Below, piece by piece: positions 62,906 to 64,000 of a stretch of DNA of 64,000 nucleotides (positions are counted from its first letter, which is position 1; every line of letters begins with the position of its first letter). The stretch is from Phoronis australis (lineage: Eukaryota; Animalia; Phoronida). The stretch is from assembly GCA_002633005.1 (NCBI GenBank), contig NMRA01000058.1, positions 225,585-289,584 of the forward strand, read 5' to 3'. The notes under the pieces were generated by a model, which was not told the DNA's origin, ran no database searches, and saw only the letters and a list, made by a program, of their open reading frames with translations. A program made the position numbers and the translations under genes.

Positions 62906-64000
62906 AACTAACTAAACCTCTAATTTTCTTATTTTTTTACCATCATGCCGTGAATAATACGCTTACACAAAAGTCACGCATTTCTAAAGATATGCGTGAC
63001 TTTTCACCGCTCGTCCTCCTGAGTGGCTTTTACCAGGATCAAAGAGAGAGCGGCGCCAGAGTCAGACTCAGTTGCGATGAACACATTGTCGGGTGCAAGC
63101 TAGACCCAATTAAGTGTAACTACCGGACCCTAAACTGTAGTAAACATCTCTGCCTGTACATAATGGCGAATTTTTAACATGCATTAACCAACAATTTTCG
63201 TTATAAACAAATACAACAGCTGTATTCAGATAGAAAAAACAACCAAGTTTGGTTTTCGATTCTTAAAAATCGATCAACTATTAAGCTAAAAACTGCAAAC
63301 ATGGGTACGATTGAAGATAAACGATTGTGCGTATTGATATACTCAGCGATTTACAAACGCTGATCAGAGTTAGCAAGGTTAGGTCGATTATTCTTTTAAT
63401 ATACAACTAAGCTACATTGAAACATCTGTAAACAATGCACAGTGACTAAATTAGATGTCAATAACTTTTAAAACATCGCTTATGGCCCATAGGATGCTGA
63501 TCTAATATACTCCAGGAGTAGTACGCTAACCGGAGAACTGCTATTCGCGGAAATGCGCCATATTGAGACAGTTAGCTTGTAGTTGTTATGGAACACCTGT
63601 GAAGACAACTAAGATGGCTAGCTTTGTAGTCAACGAGAGAGGGCAAGCAGTGGATGAGGTTGGTCAGTGGGCAAGAGCTGTGATATATTTTTATGACTAA
63701 GGAAAAGCTAGAATAGTTATGTAGTTAGGCCCTACTGCAATCAAAATTATCCAGAGGTTCCAAATCTTCAGTTTGCCTATCACCATTTGCATTTTTGTAT
63801 ATATTTTATAATTGGAGTTCTAATAACGATTGAACTTGAACTAACTGCACGCGTACTTTTGTTTGCTGTGACATGTTTGGGGTAGCTGTAATCTGGAAAA
63901 TTCAGGGATGGGTTCACAATTAACTGACTTCCAAGTTGTTTTGATACTTTGTTTAAACACAAAATAAAAAGATAGCAATCCTAACTGGTAAGAAAAAACA

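Overview
AT-rich, transposon-dense eukaryotic (animal, probably marine invertebrate) genomic DNA, not a prokaryotic locus. The backbone is a + strand, multi-exon ACAP-family gene (ArfGAP with BAR/coiled-coil, PH and ankyrin domains). Nine short GT-AG exons between 8131 and 45867 splice in frame into about 231 aa of BAR domain; exon 1 and the PH/ArfGAP exons were not found in the window. The intron after 45867 holds an antisense, single-coding-exon gene (53702-55498) for a secreted protein of about 598 aa with about 19 leucine-rich repeats. The introns carry many mostly decayed transposons: Kolobok-like THAP elements (one with a still readable 3-exon spliced THAP gene), ISL2EU/Harbinger-like, Academ-like, pogo-type MITEs with different interiors, P/hAT-like, Crypton-like and Helentron-associated elements, several Penelope-like elements, LINE and LTR remnants, and tRNA-derived repeats. 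I see no convincing wholly new system. The best leads are the nested LRR gene, a TSD-bounded head-to-head tRNA-like composite linked to Penelope ends, and the cargo-swapping MITEs. All family assignments come from motif recognition by eye, not database searches.
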